A stretch of DNA of 54,449 nt, counting the filler, from Stramenopiles sp. TOSAG23-3 (lineage: Eukaryota), in the NCBI GenBank assembly GCA_900128585.1. It is 4 parts of 4 records of this genome, joined end to end, with 100 filler letters (N's around TTAATTAATTAA, not from the genome) between each part and the next. Parts side by side here need not be neighbours in the genome. Positions count along the whole stretch, not along the records: positions 27,329 to 40,850 come from LT642622.1; positions 40,951 to 54,449 come from LT642623.1; 2 more parts are not named here. One strand, given 5' to 3'. Positions 30,680-41,132 of the stretch are shown in pieces (position 1 is the first letter of the stretch; every line of letters starts with the position of its first letter). The notes beneath the pieces are model-generated. The model was not told the DNA's origin. It did no database searches and saw only the letters and a list, made by a program, of their open reading frames with translations. Position numbers and translations under genes: made by a program.

Positions 30680-32245
30680 CCTTTCCTTTCCGAACAATTT
30701 CCAGCCGTTTTCTCTTTCCCCGGCATCGTACGAAAGCAACGAAGGAAGGGAATGGTGGGTTCTCAGGCTGCTGCTTTGGGTTTTGTTGTTTGTGTTCTTG
30801 GTTAAATGGGTGGTTAGGTGGTGCGTGACAAAATTATAAGGGTCATAGGGTAAGAAAATGAAAATGAAAAAAAAAGGAATAAAATAAAATGACGTCTGTT
30901 TTAAAATATTAAGGTATAATTGAAATATTAATTATTATTTTGTATCTATAATATATAATCATAGTGTATTACATAAAATATTAAATTGTAACTAATAGAT
31001 TAAATATCCTTGTTATTTGAAGAAATTGAAAGTTATTTAGTGGACGTAATTAATTTAATGGTGGAGAAAGAAGCAAGGAAGAATTCATTCGATTTCTTCA
31101 ATTTCTTCGCGATTTCCAATACTGTGTTCCTATTAAATTGATGAATTGAAAACGTGGAAATTGAATCAAGAAGAAATGAAGAAGATTCGAGAAGAAGAAG
31201 GCTTTTAAAAAAGAAGAATCGCAAAATAATAAAGGATTTATTATACAAATATTATTTTTAATGTACAAAGGTATCTAAACAATTAAACTGAAATAATAAT
31301 AGAAATTATAAAAAAGGATAAATATGAATTATTGATATATAAATATATATTCCTTAATATATGAAAAATGACACCTCTGCGGTCTGCGGTACTCCCAGTC
31401 TCGAATTCCATATGCATATAATATATACATAGCATTGTAATAATAAAAATGAAAGCGTTTTGCTTTTCCCTTTTCGTTTTCAAAATACAATGCTATGTAC
31501 CTATTGTAAATAAACACTGAAGACTACTTTCTTTTAAGAAAAAAAAAAAGCCTAAACCCGAATGAATGAATGTACACTGTGAAATATGAATGGTGGTCAA
31601 TAACGATTTCCAAAACTAAAACTAAAATAGAATGCTTCCAGAAGGTCTGGTCTTCGTACGCGTTTTAAAATCTGGTCGTCAGGCCAGAGCGCCAGAGGCA
31701 GAGAAGCCAAGGCAAGGGAAGGCAAGGAAGGAAGGAAGGAAGGATAGGTTAGGTTAGGTTAGGGTTAGGTCCCATCATCAACATGAGGATTTATATATTG
31801 AAACCCTAATATTAACATGAAAGAACGGTATCAGTACATATACACATTTATGCAAAGGCTATGCGTATGTAGTAGAAGGTAGGAAGGGGTTTTTTACTCT
31901 TTCTGTTGCAGTTAAATTGCAACTGACGTTTTTAAATGTATTTGACCTTGTATTGTAGTTTAAAGCACGACTTCTTTCTTATATTATATTATACCAATTT
32001 TATTATTTAATTTTATTCTTTATTAGTGTCGATTAAAAACAAAAAATTGGCTCTTATTTAGTAAAAGTACGATACCTTTCGATCTGAAACGGTAGGTGGA
32101 TTGGCATCGATGGCAAATGACCCGTAATCAACTTCTCATCCGATGTCTCACTCGTAAATGAATCAGCCCTTGTGCGGTTTTCCAAGCAGCGGCGTGATTG
32201 TTTTAAAGGTGCTCGTTGTCTGTCTTGTAATTATTCTTTTATTTT

Positions 32246-33346
32246 TTAGTCTGTCGGTTCTGCAGGGATAATCTCCTCCGATTTCTCTGCTTCGGCCCGC
32301 TGAATACCGCTGATCAACTCTTTCATACGATTGGCCGATATAATGGTCCGGACGGCACGCTTTAGCTTCCGCTTTGCGTTGAACTTTTTCAAATTCTTCG
32401 AAGCATCGGTCAAGGCCGGGGCGTCCCCTGGCCTCGGTTGGGACAGCCAACCGGTCGACAACAACTCGGCCATGGACGGCCGCTGGTTGGTCGCTACCGT
32501 GAAACACTTTTGGATGAAGTCTTTTCCTTCCTGCGATATCTTATTAAAAGGGCCGTCGGTGCCGTAGGCGTTGAATCGGATGAAATTTCCCTTGCACGTA
32601 TTTGATACCAGCTCCTTTAACCCGGCCTCGTTCGAGTCGTCGCCTTCGAACGGGACACAGCCACTGAACAAAATGTAAGTCAAGCAGCCGACGCTCCAGA
32701 CGTCCGTTTTCGAACCGTACGGCGATAGCCGTAAGATTTCGGGCGCACAGTAGCCCATCGTTCCATGAAAGAGGCCGTCACTTTCGATGGTGTCGTTAAT
32801 TCCCACTTCCCGGGCAATCCCGAAATCACAAATTTTCAACTTGTCGGTCCCATCGTTCCGCCTGCTTTTGTACAGCAAGTTCTCGGGCTTTATGTCCAGG
32901 TGAACGACGCCCACTTCATGGCAGTAGTGTAACGTTTCGCATACGGTCCTAATTTGTTGTCTTGCGTCTTCTTCCGTGTAGATTCCATGCTCGATAATGC
33001 GGTCAAACATCTCCCCGCCCTGAATAAGTTCCATGATAATGTAAAAGAAGTTGACTTCTTCAATTGTTTCCTTCACCCCCGTAACGTGGTCGTGCGCAAC
33101 CTTCCTCAGCAACACAGTCTCGTTATAGACGTCCTTCATACCCGACACTCCAAACTTTTTTTTCTCGAACACCTTCACAGCCCACATGCTTTGGTCTTCT
33201 TTGCACCGGCAAGAGTAAACGACTGCATAGCCGCCCTCGCCTAGCTGCTTGAGTATTTTGTATTTCTTGGAAAACAAGTCCTCTGAACTGACCGGCAGGG
33301 CCGCTTTCACCGAGCCTGCTCCTTGGGAGGACGCACCGCAGCCCAT
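32246..33346 (-). CDS. Ca2+/calmodulin-dependent protein kinase (CAMK group) with N-terminal MGC acylation motif
   Basis: GEGGYAVV, AVK, HLDIKPEN, DFG and APE. CaM-binding segment LKKFNAKRKLKRAV. Start at MGCGASS (myristoylation/palmitoylation consensus). Confidence 0.93.
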   Translation of the reverse strand: MGCGASSQGAGSVKAALPVSSEDLFSKKYKILKQLGEGGYAVVYSCRCKEDQSMWAVKVFEKKKFGVSGMKDVYNETVLLRKVAHDHVTGVKETIEEVNFFYIIMELIQGGEMFDRIIEHGIYTEEDARQQIRTVCETLHYCHEVGVVHLDIKPENLLYKSRRNDGTDKLKICDFGIAREVGINDTIESDGLFHGTMGYCAPEILRLSPYGSKTDVWSVGCLTYILFSGCVPFEGDDSNEAGLKELVSNTCKGNFIRFNAYGTDGPFNKISQEGKDFIQKCFTVATNQRPSMAELLSTGWLSQPRPGDAPALTDASKNLKKFNAKRKLKRAVRTIISANRMKELISGIQRAEAEKSEEIIPAEPTD

Positions 33347-33908
33347 TCTGTCTATTTTGTCTGTCCAGCGCACTACACGTCGCGATTGTATACACTGCTC
33401 TAAAAAATTGCTACCTCGTACTACTGTTGTTCCCGTTGCGCATTTGGCTGAATGAATGATACAAAAATATATGTACGGGGAACGCAATAAAGAAGATAGA
33501 GGTAAAGAAGGGCAATCAAAAGACCAACAAGCCCCCCCCCCCCCCGCCCTATTATATTAATACCACCGATCGGGCGGCTAACTAACCCACCACCAGCAAA
33601 AAAAGGAGGTGTGTGATCCAGAACGACATACACCTCACAGCACTGATAATCTAACGAAGGTTGGAAGAATTTGTTTACAATAAATATTATTATTATTTTT
33701 TTAAAATATTTTTTTTTTAATTTTTTTAATTACAGTAACAATTCCTCCTCTTCTTCTTCTTTCTCCTCATCCCTCCTCCTCCTTCTATTTTATTAGCGAT
33801 GGAGTTTATTTAGTCTAATAATAACCGACACAAACTAGTACTAGTCTATAGAAGACTCTGATGGAAACAAACAAACTACGAGTACAAAATTTGTAAAAGC
33901 AGTTTTAC

Positions 33909-33987
33909 CGAACGAACGAACGAACGCACGAACGAACGCCAGCTAAGAGAGCAGAGAGCAGAGAGCAGAGAGCAGAGAGCAGAGAGC
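33909..33987 (+). repeat. (CGAA)n and (AGAGAGC)6 simple repeats
   Basis: Directly visible between the divergent CAMK and FAH genes. Confidence 0.9.
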
Positions 33988-34678
33988 GAATGCTACGTAC
34001 GTAAATAACTCAGTTTTTACGATCGTGTATTTAATATGACTTTCTATTATACTAATAATAATATTACCTATTTAATAAGAGAAATAATATATAAATAATA
34101 TATTGTAGGACGTATACTACTGTACCAGGACAATATTATTAAAATAATAAATAGCAACTTTTATATACCTATATATATTAAGTACTATAAATAATATTCT
34201 ATTTTATACATACAAGGGTTGTTCTTCAACTACGAAGTAACAAGACACAAGACAAGACAAGGCCCACGAAGAGTCCTCGTACTCGTAGGCCTATTCTACA
34301 ACCTTTATAATACCTTTACGGTACAGGTACACAGGTACAGGTAGAGGTTAATACAGGTACCAGCACCACGTGATGATTCTTCTTATTTTTTAATAATAAT
34401 AATAAAATATCTTTTTTCTTTCTAGACGACGATAATATATTAATGAATGGTGCTTACTTAAAATTTTATATCGAGGAAGAGTGAGTATACATTTGGTTCC
34501 AACAATATACAAATAGAACGATCGATTTAATGGGCATAAACGTTCACTTAATTTTTTCCGTCGGCAAGCTACGAACATACACGCACGTTCTAAAGAAACA
34601 TTAAGCTTAACGAAATAGTAAACATTTTATACAGAAGAGAAAAAAGGCTATTCTCAGTATCACACTCCATTTTGGTAA

Positions 34679-36007
34679 ATGTCCACGGAACACAAAGATA
34701 AAAAACAAAAGATGTCTGACACCGTAAACAAATCTTGGATCCCATACACTGCCGACTGTGACTTTCCGATCGAAAATCTTCCCTATGGTATTTTTCAGCC
34801 AACGGCGAACGATCCGGCCCGCGTCGGTGTAGCCATCGGGGATCAAATTCTTGACCTTTCGATTGTCCACGTTTCTGGCATGTTTGCCGCCCTCGGGTCG
34901 TGGACCGGTTGCTTCGCGAAAGATACCTTGAACGAGTTCATGGCGATGGGCCCAGCGAATTGGAACGCAGCCCGAACCGCCATTGCCGCGTTGCTAAAGG
35001 CAGATTGCCCAACCCTTCGCGACAACGCGGCCGTCCGGGCAAAGGCCATGGTGCCGCAAGCCAGCGCGGTCATGAGGATGCCATGCACCATTGGCGACTA
35101 CACCGACTTCTACGCCTCCCGGGAGCACGCGACGAACGTTGGAACCATGTTCCGCGGCGCGGAAAACGCGTTGATGCCGAACTGGACGTACTTACCCGTC
35201 GGTTACCACGGTCGGGCGTCATCGGTAGTGGTTAGCGGTACCCCTGTCCGCCGCCCCCGCGGCCAACTGCAAAAGAATCGGGACAACGCAAAGGAAGGCT
35301 CGGTCTTTGGACCGTGCAAATTGATGGACTTCGAGCTTGAAATGGGATGCCTCGTTGGGCCGGGCAACGAATTAGGGAACCCCATCAAGATTGAGGAGGC
35401 AGACAACCACGTCTTTGGGTTCGTCATCTTGAACGACTGGAGCGCTCGTGACATCCAAAAGTGGGAGTACGTCCCACTGGGACCCTTCACCGCCAAGAAC
35501 GTCGCCTCGTCGATTTCCCCATGGGTGGTCACCACCGAAGCGCTCCGTCCCTTCAGGTGCAAGACGAGTGCAGGCGTGCAGGAGCCGAAGCCGCACCCGT
35601 ATTTGCAGGACCCCAATTACGGTTCGTATGACATTCAGCTCTCCGTGACCTTGAAGAATGACACCGACATCAAAGAACCTGCGGTTATCTCCCGGAGTAA
35701 CTTCAAGTACATGTACTGGAACCACAAGCAACAGCTTGTACATCACACCGTAACCGGCTGCAATATGCGCCCAGGTGATCTCCTTGGCTCGGGCACTATC
35801 AGCGGCTCCGACCGCAGCATGTTCGGTTCCATGTTGGAGCTCTGCTGGAAAGGAACAAAAGAAATCGACTGTGGAAACAACGGAACAATCCGCAAATTCT
35901 TGAAAGATGGAGACGAGGTCATTATGTCCGGTCATTGCCAGGGCCAAGGCTACCGTGTCGGCTTTGGTTCTGTCACCGGGAAAATCTTGCCTGCGCACAC
36001 CGACTAA
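34679..36007 (+). CDS. FAH: Fumarylacetoacetase
   Basis: DFPIENLPYGIF, IGDYTDFYASREHATNVG, PVGYHGRASS, DFELEMG, NDWSARDIQKWEYVPLGPF and GDLLGSGTISG. The start may be 34712. Confidence 0.98.
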   Translation: MSTEHKDKKQKMSDTVNKSWIPYTADCDFPIENLPYGIFQPTANDPARVGVAIGDQILDLSIVHVSGMFAALGSWTGCFAKDTLNEFMAMGPANWNAARTAIAALLKADCPTLRDNAAVRAKAMVPQASAVMRMPCTIGDYTDFYASREHATNVGTMFRGAENALMPNWTYLPVGYHGRASSVVVSGTPVRRPRGQLQKNRDNAKEGSVFGPCKLMDFELEMGCLVGPGNELGNPIKIEEADNHVFGFVILNDWSARDIQKWEYVPLGPFTAKNVASSISPWVVTTEALRPFRCKTSAGVQEPKPHPYLQDPNYGSYDIQLSVTLKNDTDIKEPAVISRSNFKYMYWNHKQQLVHHTVTGCNMRPGDLLGSGTISGSDRSMFGSMLELCWKGTKEIDCGNNGTIRKFLKDGDEVIMSGHCQGQGYRVGFGSVTGKILPAHTD

Positions 36008-36849
36008 TTAGTGAGGCCGGCTCGTTCGCTGCACCCGTTTGGCCAATGTAGACTCGAGAGGGAAAAGGGGCAAAACGGGCGCGGCGTCCAATGTTTAGTC
36101 CCGTGCTATATACCATCGTATACAGTACAGGAGTGAACCATTGTGTACCAAATACTGTGCATCCTTTCTTGGCCTGGCAGATAAAAAATATTTAATATAC
36201 CACCGTCTATACAGTATATTCATGCAAGGATTTCAAATTGCAAATAAATCTCCATCTGATGATAACTTTTTATCATATGTCGATTATTAATCACGACTCA
36301 CGACGAATGAAGGAAGAAGGTCTCCTTCTAAAAAAAGATCTTCTTTCTTTCGTTCTCTTTATTTTTGCTAATGCTATATAGCTGTTAACTTAATATAATT
36401 ATAATATAGAAGACAATAATAAAAGATATTCTACCTCCTTTGGTATTTTAAAAATGTACAGAAGAATGAATGAACACATCAACGGTTAATAATGGTTTAT
36501 TAATCTCCTTCAGTCGTCGTGTCGTCTATTATTATTATTATTGTTATTATAAATTAATAATTTATTATTATATTGTTGTTGTTTTTTTCTTTTTTTTTCT
36601 TCTTTTTCTCTTTCTTCCTTCTTCTTCTTCTTCTTCTTCTTTCGTCGCCTTTCTTCTTCTTTTTTTTTATTATATTATTTTAATTAAGAAAGATCGATCG
36701 ATAATAAATAATAATTATACCTACTACTATTTGTAAGATATTATGCATATAATTAAGAAGATCATGAAACTGTGAAAGAAAATAGTCATGCAAAAGCCAG
36801 CCATTGTCTTTTCACTTTTGATTCGCGAGGTTTGCATACTACTGAAGTC

Positions 36850-39448
36850 ATGGAGCTTCGTTCTCGGGCGAAGAACAGTTGGCAACGAGTTGGCGACAAC
36901 TCTGGGACGACTGCACCTGTGTGCAAGCGTGTGACCACGACGTGCGCATGCAAGGGCGGGGGGAAAGGCGGGCGAATATTATGTAGCGCTGGGGAGTTGA
37001 CGTTGTCGGATACTGTCGAAGGAATGAACGATGGCTGGTACTCTCGTTACCCTTGGTTCTGTTACGCTTGTCTCGAATTCCAAAAAGGCCCTTCCCGCTG
37101 GTTTTGCGAAGACTGCAAAGCTGACGTCTGCCTATCTTGTGGGGAGAAGCAATTAAGTGGTGGGAGAGCCACGGGATCTCAGAGGGAGAGCGTTGCACTA
37201 GAGAGTGGCAGATCTTTCAAACAAAGTAAAATACTGAGGAAAGCAACAAACAAACACCTATTTGTGGATGACATCGCGTTTTCCATATTAGGACACGCTG
37301 TAACAATACCTGGGGGCACGGTTGCAAAATTAAAATCTATGGCGGTGTATTTAATGGACGGGGGACTTGTGTTACTCCCCATTGGCACTGGCATTTACGA
37401 TACGCTTTTTCACCCTCGAACCTTTTATTTCGACGGGTGCTGCAAAAGGCCGGAGGGCATCCCCTATCCCTCCCGCCGTAGAACGTGTTTTTCAAAGCCG
37501 ATTCCATTTGAGGTCTGCATTGAAAACAACAACGGGGACAATTTTATTGACGTATTGGGCAGTGAGATGTACAAGTGGAATACTTACAACATTTGCACCT
37601 TTTACTTTTCACTATTATTCTTGGCCGCGACCCAGTACCATACTTTGGTAACCGAACGACGAGAAAGCCAGAGGTTGATATCTTTTGGGGTTTACAAGAC
37701 TCGTAAATACTTTCAGTCTTCCGAATCGTTGTACATGGTAGGTATTATTCTTTATTTGGGACTTGTTGTGTTGTCTAAAAGGTTAGAGCTGCTTCGTCGG
37801 GATTATTACAAACCACTGAAGGGCAATGAAAGTCTGTACCCAACGTTCAAACTTGACAACAAGAGTCATGCAGAGGCGGAAGACAATGTTCTTCAATCAG
37901 TTATAGCACTAGGCACTGTACTGTTGGTTTACCTCCCAATGCTAGTTCGTCTATATTTTTACCGATCAGACCGGTTTCGAATAATGTCCCCGAAAGTTCT
38001 TGCCCAGGCAGATGAAGAAAATGAGGAAGAGCATGTTTTTAAGTTTGACGGTAGCAGGACAATGCAAAAAATGTAAGTTTTACCATGACCACCCTTTTCT
38101 CAGACGATTGCAACATTGACTAACCGCAGGCTATTCTTTTCTAATTTTTCACAACCGTAGCGACGAATCTGACTTAGGTTTTGATACTCGTTTGATGGGT
38201 TACGGCGCCGGTCGGCGGGAGAAGGGCGGGGCGTTTGTGGTGAGTGACGAAGAGGTATCACGTCGACTTCAATTTTTAAGTTCCGCCCCGTCCCAACTGC
38301 AAGCTATGGGGCAGAAGGCACGTTCCCTCAAGGCAAAAGATGGTGGCTTTCTAGTCACAAACATGCCAAAAATACCGAGAGATAAGTTCGTGAGAGCAGG
38401 CATTTCAGCCGTAGGCCCAATTGCGACGGTATGTTCTTTCATTCTGCTCGTCATTTGCAGTTACTCGTTACTCGGGTCTTTTTATGTGGATTATGCAGTC
38501 GGTGCTGCAAACACGGATGTCGTTGCTAAATTTTCTAAAGCAGAAGGGGAAAATCAACGTTTGTTCATAGGTTTATGGGCCTCAATTGTTATTATGACCG
38601 TTTGCACTTTGTCATCTGTCCTTTACTCGAAGCATTGGTCAAAGCAGCACTATCTTCCAGTCATGAAAACGACAGCGTTACCAGAAATTGTCCGAAGCGC
38701 GAGAACAGCTCATGACAGTGTGATAATGCTTTTCTCGGTGGCCTTATTCGTCACCGTTTGCCTTTTGTTGCTCCCCTACTTCACATTACAGGCCACAACA
38801 CCCTCGCTTATTCAGTACCACCAGGGGAGAATCTTGCACCTCGCCCGTGGGGGAAGCGTATTAAGCGATGGAAAGTGTCTCGCACGTGCTCAGACAAGCC
38901 TTCCATCACAACTGTTGTTGGAAGCGTGTGAAAAAGACAACTATGGACAACAGTTCCGTAATACGGGCAAAATTAAGAATTTATATGAAAATGTTTGCCT
39001 TATCGGAAACTCCACCTCAAAGACGGTCGAATTTAACAAGTGCGACGCGAATAGCTTGGAGGCGGAATGGGAATATTTAGGCGGTGCAAAAAGTTCTGGC
39101 GCGTTGCAGCTGAAAGGAACCGGACTATGCCTAGACGTTCTCGGCAACCACAGCGCGTTACACGCGACGAGGACAGTTGTCGTGCTTAGCGAGTCTTCTT
39201 GCGAGTTGGACAACTTTTTCGATGTTGACTTTTTTTATAACAAAAAAGCACTGCAGATTTTGGGCGCTCTGTTTGCATTCCTCGTACTGCTGGTAGCTGA
39301 AAATTCAGAGAAAAACTTTTTTATTTCTGCTGAAAATCTTGCAATTCCATTGTCTAAAGTGCAGAACTACCAGATAAGGGCATGGCAATTCAGAGAATAT
39401 AATAATAACAAAATTGGAATTCTGTGGGACCTCACTCAGGACGAGTAA
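36850..39448 (+). CDS. Orphan multi-pass membrane protein: N-terminal Cys zinc-finger-like module, two TM blocks and a ricin-B-like lectin loop; predicted exons 36850-38072 and 38161-39448
   Basis: An 88-nt intron GTAAGT..TTCTAAT..TAG (38073-38160) joins ORFs 36772-38076 and 38192-39448 in frame (QKI|DESDLGF). CYAC..WFCEDC..DVCLSC. Ricin-like GKCL..LEAC..QQF / NVCL..KC..EW / GLCLDV. The 3' end may be further spliced. Confidence 0.65.
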
Positions 39449-39708
39449 CCTGTCACTTACTCCAGTACGATTTTGTATTTCAGACAGGAATAGGGAGAAA
39501 TCACGGAGAGGCTTTTAGTATTCTGGCACAGGAAAAGTTTAAAAAGTAAACTATATCTTATTCGATCTGATCTACGCGTATCTCTCACATCTGAAATTGA
39601 TACACATACGTGCCCCTCTCGTCTCCCTCTCTTTCCCCACGGATCACCGGACGGGGTGAAGTAAACGAAACGCGACCCGCTCTTCCCTCCGGCCCATGGC
39701 CCAGCTTC

Positions 39709-40347
39709 TTAGGTCCCAACAAATTTGTCTACTATATTAATATGCTTGCTCCTGGTTGACATCCCCGGCTCGCATCGACAAGGGATTTTGATCTGGTTTT
39801 CGTTCTTGTCCGAGCAAAAACAGTTCATGACGCGCGGTGGGTTCTTCGTGCACGAGAGCCTCATGCGCCTTGGTTCGTCAAAAATTCTGGCTGTACAATA
39901 ATAATCAGAAAGGAAGCCAAACGTGTTTACTTGGCTGTGGTGCTCTGGTTCAAGCGCGCCCTTCCGGCCTCTTGGCATGCCGCGCACTACAGGTATCATA
40001 TCCTCTGGGTCGTTCGGGTCTGGATCGGGGGAGCTTTTCGCCGTGCTAAAACGATGGGCTGCTCCTGCTGGCGGTTTGTTGCCCCGCAGCTGCGCCATCA
40101 CCTTGGACGCACTAAGGTGGTCCCGCTGCCCTCCTCGCTGCAACGGCACTTTCACACCCTTTTGACCAAATTCTCGCAACGAACCCCCCGCATTTGCCAC
40201 GGAGAGCATCAGGGCGACGAAAAAAAGAAAGACACCCACGCCACGGTGGTCTCCCCGCCCCGCTCTATTCCCCATACTGCTACCATACCCCTGGACCATT
40301 GCGCCAACTCGCAAACGGGAACGAACGTTTCTACTCGTCCTCCTCAA
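39709..40347 (-). CDS. Hypothetical secreted/anchored protein with Cys-rich C-terminus
   Basis: GC-rich ORF with a hydrophobic signal (VGVFLFFVALMLSVANA) and six C-terminal Cys. Start uncertain. Confidence 0.6.
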   Translation of the reverse strand: MRRTSRNVRSRLRVGAMVQGYGSSMGNRAGRGDHRGVGVFLFFVALMLSVANAGGSLREFGQKGVKVPLQRGGQRDHLSASKVMAQLRGNKPPAGAAHRFSTAKSSPDPDPNDPEDMIPVVRGMPRGRKGALEPEHHSQVNTFGFLSDYYCTARIFDEPRRMRLSCTKNPPRVMNCFCSDKNENQIKIPCRCEPGMSTRSKHINIVDKFVGT

Positions 40348-40737
40348 GCAGGCACCTAATGTCCCTAACTTTCAACCCTTGGTACTCACAGAATACAAAG
40401 TATGCACACAGTTATTTCCTCCCCAATTAATATCCACATCGAAACTTGAATTAGACATTCGATCCGATACTATGTTCTATGATTTATCCCATATGTATAT
40501 TGTACATTTGTAAATTCGTTTGTATTTTATATAAAGCTAACTTATTATTATATTTTTTTGAACACATTCTTCTTCTTCATTCTCCTCATCAGTTCGTTTT
40601 TTTTTTCTTCATGATTATTTTCTCTAGTACTACTACAGGTATTAATATTAAGATGAATACCAACCTGTAGTCTCTATGTATTATAATTACTACGTGAATT
40701 TTTACTTTGAACTTGGTCGTTTTTTAATTTCATCAAC

Positions 40738-40777
40738 CTCTCCCTCCCTCCCTCCCTCCCTCCCTCCCTCCCATCCC

Positions 40778-40848
<71 letters not shown>

Positions 40849-40850
40849 AA
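40738..40850 (+). repeat. (CCCT)n and (AAAG)n microsatellites at scaffold end
   Basis: Directly visible. Confidence 0.9.
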
Positions 40851-40950
40851 NNNNNNNNNNNNNNNNNNNNNNNNNNNNNNNNNNNNNNNNNNNNTTAATT
40901 AATTAANNNNNNNNNNNNNNNNNNNNNNNNNNNNNNNNNNNNNNNNNNNN
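40851..40950. other. Artificial scaffold-joining linker
   Basis: N44-TTAATTAATTAA-N44. Confidence 0.97.
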
Positions 40951-41132
40951 AAAAAATAGTAAAAACAAATCACAGAAGAAGAAGAAGAAAGAATGTGGTG
41001 CAGTATAGTTAATAAACTGGCAGTCTTTTTTTTCTCTTTCTTTCTCCCAGAATGTTAGTTCAACAAAAGGCAGACAGTCTTCTTGGGGCGATGATCTGAG
41101 ATAGAAGTGGTTGATCGGGTACTAATATTTCA

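Noticed and set aside
31634-31650. HSE-like TTCcaGAAggTC about 1 kb upstream of HSP90
   Set aside because: Only two perfect nGAAn units and far from the ATG. It cannot be supported without a TSS.
31745-31770. TTAGG/TTAGGG telomere-like run
   Set aside because: Only about four imperfect units, grading out of a GGAA microsatellite. Not evidence of a telomere.
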